Shown: positions 1-12,499 of the stretch, piece after piece | Position numbering within the stretch: position 1 is the stretch's first letter | How the letters are laid out: every line of letters starts with the position of its first letter | DNA from: Escherichia coli | GTDB taxonomy: Bacteria; Pseudomonadota; Gammaproteobacteria; Enterobacterales; Enterobacteriaceae | Length of the DNA stretch: 64,000 nucleotides | Assembly: GCF_022846255.1 (NCBI RefSeq) | Contig: NZ_AP025682.1 | Reading direction: 5' to 3' (one strand) | Translations under genes and position numbers: made by a program | The notes under the pieces: generated by a model | The model's input: only the letters and a program-made list of their open reading frames with translations | The model's database searches: none | What the model was told of the DNA's origin: nothing

Positions 1-1115
1 TGCGGTGTGCGGGTTTTCTCGCTCCATTCCATCGCCTGGTGACCGCCGTCGTAACAGGAAATATAACAGCGTCCACAGCCAACACATTTATCAAGATTGA
101 TATGGGGATAGACAATATAACTGCGGTCTAAATCTTCCGCCGGGACAATATTGTGATTCGCCAGACCCACCATCTCCTGCAACGAATCAAACCCTTGATC
201 GGCGAGATAATGCGACAACCCGCTTGCCATATCTTCCACTATCCGATACCCGTACTGCATAATGCCGGTGGTCACCTGCAACGTTGCTGCGCCGAGCAAT
301 AAAAACTCCGCCGCATCTTCCCAGGTTTCAATGCCGCCGATACCGCTGATCGGGAAATCGTGCAGTTCTGGATGGGTGCGCATTTGCTGAATAAAGCGTA
401 GGGCGATCGGTTTTACCGCTTTACCGGAATATCCGGAAATACTCGATTTACCGTTAACGATCGGCATACCAATTTTCTGATTAAGATCGATATTGGTGAT
501 GGATTTAACGGTGTTAATCGCCGCAATGCCATCTGCGCCGCCGCGCTTCGCCGCCAGCGCCACTTCGCACATATCACCAATATTCGGCGTCATCTTCGCC
601 AGCATTGGCAGCGTGGAACCACGTTTTACTGCCCGACAATATTTTTCTACCAGCTCCGGGCTTTGCCCGACATCGCTACCCATCGCATGAGAAGTCATTT
701 GCGGACAGGAGAAGTTACACTCGATCATATCCGCGCCAGCTTCTTGCACCAGACGCGCCAGCTCTTCCCATTGCTGCTCATTTTCGCCCATGATTGAAGC
801 GATCAATACTTTGTCCGGATAATCTTCTTTCAGCCGACGCAGGGCGGCCAGATTCTCTTCCAACGGATGTTCAGCAATCTGCTCCATATTTTTGAAGCCG
901 ATAAAACCGGTATCTTCTTTCACCAGATGATCAAAACGCGGCGAGACTTCGTTGGCGATAAAAAAACCGATCGTTTTAAACACCACGCCGCCCCAACCTG
1001 TGTCGTAGGCTTTGGCACACATCTCATAGCAGTTGCCTACCGGTGAAGAAGAAAGGCAGAACGGGTTAGGAAACTTCACGCCGCAAAAGGTAATCGAAAG
1101 ATCTTTCGTTAACAT
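1..1115 (-). CDS. preA: NAD-dependent dihydropyrimidine dehydrogenase subunit PreA (N-terminal portion; C-terminus lies beyond window start)
   Basis: Minus-strand frame opens with ATG at complement 1113-1115 ([19 protein letters not shown]...) and stays open to position 1; start overlaps preT stop (ATGTTAA). Recognised as PreA/YeiA. Confidence 0.85.
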   Translation of the reverse strand, partial: MLTKDLSITFCGVKFPNPFCLSSSPVGNCYEMCAKAYDTGWGGVVFKTIGFFIANEVSPRFDHLVKEDTGFIGFKNMEQIAEHPLEENLAALRRLKEDYPDKVLIASIMGENEQQWEELARLVQEAGADMIECNFSCPQMTSHAMGSDVGQSPELVEKYCRAVKRGSTLPMLAKMTPNIGDMCEVALAAKRGGADGIAAINTVKSITNIDLNQKIGMPIVNGKSSISGYSGKAVKPIALRFIQQMRTHPELHDFPISGIGGIETWEDAAEFLLLGAATLQVTTGIMQYGYRIVEDMASGLSHYLADQGFDSLQEMVGLANHNIVPAEDLDRSYIVYPHINLDKCVGCGRCYISCYDGGHQAMEWSEKTRTP

Positions 1116-2347
1116 GAGCAAGCTCCCTCTAAATAGTGATGAATCGCCTCGGCGGCTTCTTTCCCGGTTTTCACTGCATAGACCACGGTTTTGTCACCCT
1201 CAACAATATCGCCAGCAGCAAAGACTTGCGGGTCGCGGGTCTGGTAATTTTGCGTTTCGATGGTGTTACGCTGCGGCTCTAACTCCGCAAAGGCATCCAG
1301 TCTGGCATGCTGACCGATGGCGAGAATAATTTTATCTGCCGCCATCGTCAGTTCGCCCGGTAACCGTACATGCTTAAACGTGACTTTATTGCCTTCCACG
1401 GCTACTGGTGTAAATCCATCGATGATCGAAACGCCCAGCTCTCTGGCGCTGGTAAACTCTTTTTCGCTTGCCGGAAACTCATCTAACTCTTCACGCGCTA
1501 CGCAGGTTACCGCCTGACAGCCGAGAACTTTCAGCGTGCTGGCTACGTCCATCGCGACATCACCGCCGCCGATAATTAATGCACTTTGTGGAATGCTGAT
1601 ATCGCCTTGCGCCTGTCGTGCACGTTGCAGGAAGTCTACGGCAATCTCAACGTCGCTATGCTCAAACAGCGATAACCCGGAACCGCTCGATAACCCTACG
1701 GTGACCAGTACCGCGCGGTTTTCCGCTTTCAGCTGCTCCAGGGTGAGTGTTTTACCGATTTCGTTATTGCACTTAATGGTCACGCCCATTTTTTCTATAC
1801 GGGCGATTTCTGCATCCAGCACCGATTGCGGTAACCGGAATTGCGGAATGCCGTTACGCAACCAGCCACCGGGTTGTGCTTCTTTCTCATAGATCGTGAC
1901 GTCATAACCCTGGTTTGTCAGCGTCACACTGGCCTGCAATCCGGCAGGACCTGCGCCAATAATGGCGACTTTGCCGAGCGTTTTAGTACCGGGCAGATAA
2001 ATTTCCATCCCAGTTTGTTGTTCAAAATCAGTAACAAAACGCTGTAAGCGACCGATATCAATGGGAGCATCAACACCGGCACGTGTACAACCGCTTTGGC
2101 ATAATTTCTCCGTCGGGCACACTCTGGCACAAACGGCACCGAGGGCATTATTTTCGCGAATTGTCTCGGCAGCGCCTTTAAAATTACGAAAGTAGATTGA
2201 GCGAATAAATTTCCCCGGATCGGTCTGTGCCGGGCAAGCCTGACTACAGGGAGCGTCATGACATAATAAACAGCGAGAGGCTTCTTTAATCGCCAGTAAA
2301 GGCGTAAAAGCCGGAGTGAGTTCATCCAGATAATTTTGTTGCGGCAT
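1109..2347 (-). CDS. preT: Dihydropyrimidine dehydrogenase subunit PreT (FAD/NAD-binding, 412 aa)
   Basis: ORF track 1109..2347; translation [14 protein letters not shown]... recognised as PreT/YeiT; Rossmann GxGxxG (IIGAGPAG) visible. Confidence 0.92.
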   Translation of the reverse strand: MPQQNYLDELTPAFTPLLAIKEASRCLLCHDAPCSQACPAQTDPGKFIRSIYFRNFKGAAETIRENNALGAVCARVCPTEKLCQSGCTRAGVDAPIDIGRLQRFVTDFEQQTGMEIYLPGTKTLGKVAIIGAGPAGLQASVTLTNQGYDVTIYEKEAQPGGWLRNGIPQFRLPQSVLDAEIARIEKMGVTIKCNNEIGKTLTLEQLKAENRAVLVTVGLSSGSGLSLFEHSDVEIAVDFLQRARQAQGDISIPQSALIIGGGDVAMDVASTLKVLGCQAVTCVAREELDEFPASEKEFTSARELGVSIIDGFTPVAVEGNKVTFKHVRLPGELTMAADKIILAIGQHARLDAFAELEPQRNTIETQNYQTRDPQVFAAGDIVEGDKTVVYAVKTGKEAAEAIHHYLEGACSC

Positions 2348-2540
2348 GTGATCTTCCTTAATGCTATGAGTAATTAAGGCGAACGCTAAATAAATATTGC
2401 GTGCTGATATTAAGGCTATGCGCGTGGGGAAATTTAAACTGTGAAAGGATTCACAAATAGCTGCGGTTCAGAATGTGATATCCGCAGCTTATTGAGTGAA
2501 GTAATAATTATTCTCAATAATTAACAGAAAAGGGAAAATA

Positions 2541-4536
<1,996 letters not shown>

Positions 4537-4595
4537 GGCGTTGCCTCATAATCATGTAATGGGATAACAGTTTACGAACCCGTTATGGCTTTATA

Positions 4596-4661
4596 TGTGA
4601 TCTGAATCTCATTAATTATGCAACGCGTGAAACTTACATCAAAAATGCGCGACGCATCGCA
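4596..4661 (-). promoter_or_regulatory. cdd promoter region with two CRP-like sites about 50 bp apart (CytR/CRP-type nucleoside promoter)
   Basis: Plus-strand tgtgatctgaatctca (about 4596-4611) and tgcgcgacgcatcgca (about 4646-4661), both TGTGA-N6-TCACA-like, upstream of the cdd ATG. Confidence 0.55.
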
Positions 4662-4665
4662 AATT

Positions 4666-5792
<1,127 letters not shown>

Positions 5793-5994
5793 TTAATTCG
5801 TAAAACGTGCTACCGATCACATTAAGAAATCAGCGCTTATTTTTTCGCTCCCCGGTATTACGCAATGCGCAGCGAACTCAGGCATACATCAAGCATAGAG
5901 AGGGATTGCAGTTTGCAGCAATCCCTCTTTGCAGACCTTTAATCCGTTGACCGGAGGCGCTAACATAGCGCCTCATTTTTTTGCGGGTGATGAT

Positions 5995-6945
5995 ATGCGT
6001 GTGTTACTGGCTCCGATGGAGGGTGTACTTGACTCTCTGGTGCGGGAATTACTGACCGAAGTTAACGACTACGATCTGTGCATCACCGAGTTTGTCCGCG
6101 TGGTGGATCAACTGCTGCCAGTAAAAGTCTTTCATCGCATTTGCCCTGAGCTACAAAATGCCAGCCGGACACCATCCGGTACGCTGGTGCGCGTGCAGTT
6201 GTTAGGGCAGTTCCCACAGTGGCTGGCAGAGAATGCCGCCCGTGCGGTGGAGTTAGGTTCCTGGGGCGTGGATCTTAACTGCGGCTGCCCGTCGAAAACG
6301 GTTAACGGTAGCGGTGGTGGGGCAACGTTACTGAAAGATCCTGAACTCATCTACCAGGGTGCAAAAGCGATGCGCGAAGCTGTACCGGCGCATTTGCCTG
6401 TCAGCGTAAAAGTGCGTCTGGGCTGGGACAGCGGTGAGAAGAAATTTGAAATCGCCGATGCGGTGAAACAGGCTGGCGCTACGGAGCTGGTAGTACATGG
6501 GCGGACAAAAGAGCAGGGTTACCGCGCGGAACATATTGACTGGCAGGCGATTGGCGAGATTCGCCAGCGGCTTAATATTCCGGTGATTGCCAACGGTGAA
6601 ATCTGGGACAGGCAGAGTGCGCAACAATGCATGGCGATCAGCGGCTGCGACGCAGTGATGATTGGTCGCGGGGCGCTCAATATTCCCAACCTGAGCCGGG
6701 TAGTAAAATATAACGAACCGCGAATGCCGTGGCCGGAGGTGGTTGCTTTGCTGCAAAAATATACCCGTCTGGAAAAGCAGGGCGATACCGGGTTATATCA
6801 CGTTGCGCGGATTAAACAGTGGTTGAGTTATTTGCGTAAAGAATACGATGAAGCAACGGAATTATTTCAGCATGTTCGGGTGTTGAATAATTCCCCTGAT
6901 ATTGCAAGGGCTATTCAGGCAATTGATATCGATAAGCTGCGATAA
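5995..6945 (+). CDS. dusC: tRNA-dihydrouridine synthase C
   Basis: ORF track 5929..6945; start placed at [10 protein letters not shown] (5995); Dus-family TIM-barrel motifs (DLNCGCP) visible. Confidence 0.9.
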   Translation: MRVLLAPMEGVLDSLVRELLTEVNDYDLCITEFVRVVDQLLPVKVFHRICPELQNASRTPSGTLVRVQLLGQFPQWLAENAARAVELGSWGVDLNCGCPSKTVNGSGGGATLLKDPELIYQGAKAMREAVPAHLPVSVKVRLGWDSGEKKFEIADAVKQAGATELVVHGRTKEQGYRAEHIDWQAIGEIRQRLNIPVIANGEIWDRQSAQQCMAISGCDAVMIGRGALNIPNLSRVVKYNEPRMPWPEVVALLQKYTRLEKQGDTGLYHVARIKQWLSYLRKEYDEATELFQHVRVLNNSPDIARAIQAIDIDKLR

Positions 6946-7332
6946 TAGTGGAATCGCAGTTTATCAGAGACAATGAATCGCTTATTCAGCTTCATCATCT
7001 TGTTGCGCTCCTTTCATGAGCTAAGCCACATATTGCCACTGGCGCAAGGAGCGCGCAGGGGGAGGACAATCGCCTCCTCCCCCTGCACCCCCGGGCTCTG
7101 GCGAACAAAATCGCCGCTGCGCGGTACCTTCAGCTTATCCCCTTCGTCTACCGGGTCGGGCGCGAGGTAACGTCCTTGTAAGACGCGCCCTCAGCCCACA
7201 TCCATGTGGGCTGCCCCGGCCTTCGGGGAACGCTTCAGCGATTTTGACGCCACCAACACCGGAGCTGTTTGCAAATCAAGTACACAAAATATCTAGTTCC
7301 TGACCTGACAACTTATATGCCATATCTGATTT

Positions 7333-7416
7333 TTAAAATATCATCTTAAATACGCCAGTCACCACCAGTAGCCCAATCAGGAAAATAATCAATACAGCCC
7401 AGAGTATAATTTTCAT
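7333..7416 (-). CDS. yohP: Small membrane protein YohP (27 aa)
   Basis: Reverse complement of 7333..7416 translates MKIILWAVLIIFLIGLLVVTGVFKMIF*, a single TM helix recalled as the K-12 small protein YohP; below the ORF-track size cutoff. Confidence 0.7.
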   Translation of the reverse strand: MKIILWAVLIIFLIGLLVVTGVFKMIF

Positions 7417-7639
7417 TGGCGTTCCTTTATTTGTGAGTGCTGAATAAGTATAGGAAAAAACGAAGCCCTTTGCCGTTATCCATAAACGATTAAGATAAAT
7501 CGGAAGATATCATTCACTTAGTGTATATTTTTCTGGATATGTCGTTTTATTGCTACTGATGTATTGCCACGCGAAACTAAAAAATATATCGCAACACACG
7601 GTAATCTCCGCGCACCTTTTCTTACCTGATTATTCCCCC

Positions 7640-9076
7640 ATGAATCGTGATTCCTTTTATCCCGCCATCGCCTGTTTTCCGCTGTTACTGATGCTGGCCG
7701 GGTGTGCGCCTATGCATGAAACCCGCCAGGCGTTAAGCCAGCAAACGCCCGCTGCACAAGTTGACACCGCATTACCCACGGCGCTGAAAAATGGTTGGCC
7801 AGACAGCCAATGGTGGCTGGAGTATCACGATAATCAACTCACTTCCTTAATTAACAATGCACTACAGAACGCACCGGATATGCAGGTGGCTGAACAGCGC
7901 ATTCAGCTAGCTGAAGCCCAGGCGAAGGCAATTGCTACTCAGGATGGTCCGCAGATCGACTTTTCTGCGGATATGGAGCGGCAAAAAATGTCGGCAGAAG
8001 GCTTAATGGGGCCGTTTGCTCTGAACGATCCGGCCGCAGGTACGACCGGTCCGTGGTACACCAACGGAACTTTTGGCTTAACGGCGGGCTGGCATCTCGA
8101 TATCTGGGGAAAGAATCGGGCGGAGGTTACTGCCCGCCTGGGTACGGTTAAAGCACGGGCGGCGGAACGCGAGCAAACCCGCCAATTGCTGGCTGGCAGC
8201 GTAGCCCGCCTGTACTGGGAGTGGCAAACCCAGGCGGCGTTAAACACGGTCTTGCAGCAAATAGAAAAAGAGCAGAACACCATTATCGCGACCGATCGCC
8301 AGCTATATCAGAACGGGATTACTTCTTCAGTTGAAGGTGTGGAAACCGATATTAATGCCAGCAAAACCCGGCAGCAGCTCAACGATGTCGCGGGGAAAAT
8401 GAAAATTATTGAGGCACGGTTAAGCGCACTTACAAATAACCAGACAAAGTCATTGAAGCTTAAACCGGTCGCGTTGCCGAAAGTGGCAAGCCAGCTTCCT
8501 GATGAACTGGGGTACTCCTTACTGGCCCGGCGGGCAGATTTGCAGGCGGCGCACTGGTACGTTGAGTCATCGCTAAGCACCATTGATGCGGCAAAAGCGG
8601 CATTTTATCCTGACATCAACCTGATGGCCTTCCTGCAACAGGATGCGTTGCACTTAAGCGATCTGTTCCGTCATTCCGCGCAGCAAATGGGCGTTACGGC
8701 AGGCCTGACGCTACCCATTTTCGATAGTGGTCGTCTTAACGCCAATCTCGATATCGCAAAAGCCGAAAGCAACTTGTCTATCGCCAGCTACAACAAAGCG
8801 GTGGTTGAAGCGGTGAATGACGTGGCGCGGGCAGCCAGTCAGGTTCAGACACTTGCGGAGAAAAACCAGCATCAGGCGCAAATTGAGCGCGATGCCTTGC
8901 GTGTGGTAGGTCTTGCGCAGGCGCGCTTTAACGCGGGCATCATTGCTGGTTCCCGCGTCAGCGAAGCCAGAATCCCGGCGCTGCGTGAGCGGGCCAATGG
9001 CCTGTTATTGCAAGGGCAGTGGCTGGATGCTTCCATTCAACTCACTGGTGCGTTGGGCGGGGGTTACAAACGCTGA
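7640..9076 (+). CDS. mdtQ: Outer-membrane efflux lipoprotein MdtQ (OprM/TolC family), apparently intact (478 aa)
   Basis: ORF track 7550..9076; start placed at MNRDSFYPAIACFPLLLMLAGC (7640), a lipobox; single uninterrupted frame. Confidence 0.85.
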   Translation: MNRDSFYPAIACFPLLLMLAGCAPMHETRQALSQQTPAAQVDTALPTALKNGWPDSQWWLEYHDNQLTSLINNALQNAPDMQVAEQRIQLAEAQAKAIATQDGPQIDFSADMERQKMSAEGLMGPFALNDPAAGTTGPWYTNGTFGLTAGWHLDIWGKNRAEVTARLGTVKARAAEREQTRQLLAGSVARLYWEWQTQAALNTVLQQIEKEQNTIIATDRQLYQNGITSSVEGVETDINASKTRQQLNDVAGKMKIIEARLSALTNNQTKSLKLKPVALPKVASQLPDELGYSLLARRADLQAAHWYVESSLSTIDAAKAAFYPDINLMAFLQQDALHLSDLFRHSAQQMGVTAGLTLPIFDSGRLNANLDIAKAESNLSIASYNKAVVEAVNDVARAASQVQTLAEKNQHQAQIERDALRVVGLAQARFNAGIIAGSRVSEARIPALRERANGLLLQGQWLDASIQLTGALGGGYKR

Positions 9077-9128
9077 TGATATGCGCCTTCTATACTTAAC
9101 GTTTATTCAGCGTTAAGTGGAGAACTCG

Positions 9129-9890
9129 ATGGCACAGGTTGCGATTATTACCGCCTCCGATTCGGGGATCGGCAAAGAGTGCGCGTTATTACTGGCGCAG
9201 CAGGGGTTTGATATTGGCATTACCTGGCACTCAGATGAAGAAGGGGCAAAAGATACCGCGCGTGAGGTAGTTAGCCACGGCGTACGTGCGGAGATCGTGC
9301 AGCTGGATCTCGGTAAACTGCCAGAAGGTGCGCAGGCGCTGGAGAAACTCATTCAACGGCTGGGGCGTATTGATGTGCTGGTGAATAATGCGGGCGCAAT
9401 GACCAAAGCGCCGTTTCTTGATATGGCTTTCGATGAGTGGCGCAAGATTTTTACCGTTGATGTCGATGGTGCATTTTTATGCTCACAAATTGCGGCCCGC
9501 CAGATGGTGAAACAAGGGCAGGGCGGTCGCATCATCAACATTACGTCGGTACATGAACATACGCCGCTGCCGGATGCCAGCGCTTACACAGCCGCTAAAC
9601 ATGCGCTCGGCGGGTTAACCAAAACGATGGCGCTGGAGCTGGTCAGGCATAAGATTTTGGTGAACGCAGTCGCGCCTGGGGCGATCGCCACGCCAATGAA
9701 TGGCATGGATGACAGCGACGTGAAGCCCGACGCGGAGCCTTCGATTCCTCTGCGGCGTTTTGGCGCAACGCATGAGATTGCCAGCCTGGTAGCGTGGCTG
9801 TGCTCAGAGGGCGCAAATTACACCACCGGGCAGTCGTTGATAGTGGATGGCGGCTTTATGTTGGCGAATCCGCAGTTCAACCCAGAATAG
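9129..9890 (+). CDS. yohF: Short-chain dehydrogenase/reductase YohF (253 aa)
   Basis: ORF track 9117..9890; start at MAQVAIITASDSGIGK; SDR cofactor motif and YxxxK catalytic motif (YTAAK) present. Confidence 0.88.
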   Translation: MAQVAIITASDSGIGKECALLLAQQGFDIGITWHSDEEGAKDTAREVVSHGVRAEIVQLDLGKLPEGAQALEKLIQRLGRIDVLVNNAGAMTKAPFLDMAFDEWRKIFTVDVDGAFLCSQIAARQMVKQGQGGRIINITSVHEHTPLPDASAYTAAKHALGGLTKTMALELVRHKILVNAVAPGAIATPMNGMDDSDVKPDAEPSIPLRRFGATHEIASLVAWLCSEGANYTTGQSLIVDGGFMLANPQFNPE

Positions 9891-9930
9891 CGCAGTGAGG
9901 TGCGTGGTTATTTCAATGGGTAAAATTTTG

Positions 9931-10008
9931 GTAGGCATGATAAGACGCACAAGCGTCGCATCAGGCATGGTGCACCGGATGTCGGATGCGGCGCGAACGC
10001 CTTACCCA
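9931..10008. repeat. BIME-like pair of REP elements
   Basis: gtaggcatgataagacgcacaagcgtcgcatcaggcat and cggatgtcggatgcggcgcgaacgccttaccc between convergent yohF and yohD. Confidence 0.6.
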
Positions 10009-10019
10009 GGGCAATGGTT

Positions 10020-10598
10020 TTACGCCTGATGATCCGGCTTTTTCTTCCCGCGCCGTTTCAGCCACCAGCGCACGCCCACCACCAGAACCACGACCAGAAT
10101 CAACCAGACCCAGTGCTTCAAATGCTGGTCGAGATTGTGCAACCACGGCGCAATCACCTGACCACCAGCGTAACCAATAGTGGTAAAAATCAACGCCCAG
10201 GCAAATGCGCCGAGAATATTCAGCGGCAGAAAGATTTTCGGCGGCAGCTGGCTGGCACCAATCAGCGTCGGGCCAATCACCCGAAAGCCATACATAAAGC
10301 GCGTACCAATGACAAACAGATACGGATGGCGTTGGATAAGTTTCTGCGCCCGCTCAATTTTATCCTGATGTTTCGAGAAACGGCGTAACAGCTTGCCGCC
10401 AAAGCGCCGCCCGCACAGATAAAGCACCTGGTCGCCAATCATGCCGCCAAGCGCCACAGAAAGTACCACCAGCGGGAACTTTAATAGCCCCTGATGTGCC
10501 GCAACGCCTCCCAGCAAAGTCACGGTTTCACCTTCCGCCAGGCTACCGATCACCAGCGCGGCATAACCATATTGTGAGATGAGTGTATTGAGATCCAT
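10020..10598 (-). CDS. yohD: DedA-family inner-membrane protein YohD (192 aa)
   Basis: ORF track 10020..10634; start placed at MDLNTLISQYG (10598). Confidence 0.85.
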   Translation of the reverse strand: MDLNTLISQYGYAALVIGSLAEGETVTLLGGVAAHQGLLKFPLVVLSVALGGMIGDQVLYLCGRRFGGKLLRRFSKHQDKIERAQKLIQRHPYLFVIGTRFMYGFRVIGPTLIGASQLPPKIFLPLNILGAFAWALIFTTIGYAGGQVIAPWLHNLDQHLKHWVWLILVVVLVVGVRWWLKRRGKKKPDHQA

Positions 10599-10767
10599 AG
10601 GACAGTCTGTCTCCCTTTGCTTGCCTGTAAGCATACACCCTGTGAATCATTCACGCTGAAAAAGGACGTACATCAGACGGTGCAAATTACATGAGTGAAC
10701 AAAAAATAATCACAAGCTGACTTATACTTGAACTGTCAGGTTCATGAACTCACAACAAGGGGGCGGT

Positions 10768-11355
10768 ATGAGCCATGTCTGGGGTCTGTTTTCCCATCCC
10801 GATCGTGAAATGCAGGTGATTAATCGTGAAAACGAAACGATTTCTCACCATTACACCCACCACGTTTTGCTGATGGCGGCGATTCCGGTGATTTGCGCCT
10901 TCATTGGCACTACACAGATTGGCTGGAATTTTGGCGATGGCACTATCCTGAAGTTATCCTGGTTTACCGGACTGGCGCTGGCTGTCTTGTTTTACGGCGT
11001 TATGCTCGCTGGGGTCGCGGTGATGGGGCGGGTCATCTGGTGGATGGCGCGCAATTACCCGCAGCGTCCGTCACTTGCGCACTGCATGGTCTTCGCGGGC
11101 TACGTTGCAACTCCGCTGTTTTTAAGCGGTCTGGTGGCGCTTTACCCGCTGGTCTGGTTGTGTGCGCTGGTCGGCACGGTGGCGCTGTTTTACACCGGCT
11201 ACCTGCTGTATCTCGGTATTCCGAGCTTCCTGAATATCAACAAAGAGGAAGGCCTTAGCTTCTCCAGTTCGACACTGGCGATAGGCGTGCTGGTGCTGGA
11301 AGTGCTGCTCGCCCTTACCGTTATACTATGGGGCTACGGTTATCGTTTGTTCTAG
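10768..11355 (+). CDS. yohC: Yip1-family inner-membrane protein YohC (195 aa)
   Basis: ORF track 10744..11355; start at MSHVWGLFSHP (10768). Confidence 0.85.
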   Translation: MSHVWGLFSHPDREMQVINRENETISHHYTHHVLLMAAIPVICAFIGTTQIGWNFGDGTILKLSWFTGLALAVLFYGVMLAGVAVMGRVIWWMARNYPQRPSLAHCMVFAGYVATPLFLSGLVALYPLVWLCALVGTVALFYTGYLLYLGIPSFLNINKEEGLSFSSSTLAIGVLVLEVLLALTVILWGYGYRLF

Positions 11356-11528
11356 AAAGTTCTTTTGCGCTGCATTGCTGGCGTAAATGTCAGCAATGCA
11401 GCATTTCCTCACGATTCTTCTTTGACGATCGCACTTTTTGCTCGTTATGATGGCGTCGCTAGCCTCAGTAAATCCTTACTCCGGCGGTGCGCAACCCGTG
11501 CGCGTGAACCACTATCTGAATGCTCATC

Positions 11529-12461
11529 ATGCCGAAATTTCGAGTTTCTTTATTTAGCCTGGCCCTGATGCTGGCTGTGCCTTTTGCACCGCAGGCCGTT
11601 GCGAAAACGGCAGCCGCTACCACCGCGTCACAACCGGAAATTGCCTCCGGTAGCGCGATGATTGTTGATCTGAATACCAACAAAGTGATCTATTCGAACC
11701 ACCCGGATCTGGTGCGTCCGATTGCGTCTATCAGCAAATTAATGACCGCGATGGTTGTGCTGGATGCACGACTGCCGCTGGATGAAAAACTAAAAGTGGA
11801 TATCAGCCAGACGCCGGAGATGAAAGGGGTCTATTCGCGCGTACGACTGAACAGCGAAATCAGCCGTAAAGATATGCTGTTGCTGGCGCTGATGTCTTCA
11901 GAAAACCGCGCGGCGGCAAGCCTTGCGCACCATTATCCCGGTGGTTACAAAGCCTTTATTAAGGCGATGAATGCGAAAGCGAAATCGCTCGGAATGAACA
12001 ACACGCGCTTTGTTGAACCAACCGGATTGTCGGTGCATAACGTTTCAACCGCCCGTGACTTAACCAAACTACTTATTGCCAGCAAACAATATCCGTTGAT
12101 CGGGCAGTTAAGTACTACCCGGGAAGATATGGCAACCTTCTCTAACCCGACGTATACGCTGCCGTTTCGCAATACTAACCATCTGGTGTATCGTGATAAC
12201 TGGAATATTCAGTTAACCAAAACCGGTTTTACCAATGCGGCGGGCCATTGTCTGGTGATGCGCACGGTTATCAATAATAAACCGGTGGCGCTGGTAGTGA
12301 TGGACGCGTTTGGCAAATATACCCATTTTGCCGATGCCAGCCGCCTGCGTACCTGGATTGAAACCGGTAAAGTGATGCCTGTTCCGGCAGCAGCGTTGAG
12401 CTATAAAAAACAAAAAGCCGCCCAAATGGCGGCGGCGGGGCAGACGGCGCAGAACGATTAA
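11529..12461 (+). CDS. pbpG: D-alanyl-D-alanine endopeptidase PBP7
   Basis: ORF track 11520..12461; signal peptide; SxxK active-site motif (ASISKLMTA); recognised as PbpG. Confidence 0.9.
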
Positions 12462-12499
12462 ATGAATGACGGATGGCGATACTCTGCCATCCGTAATTA

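Noticed and set aside
6973-7170. 65-aa plus-strand ORF in the dusC-mdtQ intergenic region
   Set aside because: Overlaps the GC-rich hairpin cluster; Ser/Arg/Pro-rich low-complexity product, no SD; more likely a by-product of palindromic sequence than a gene.
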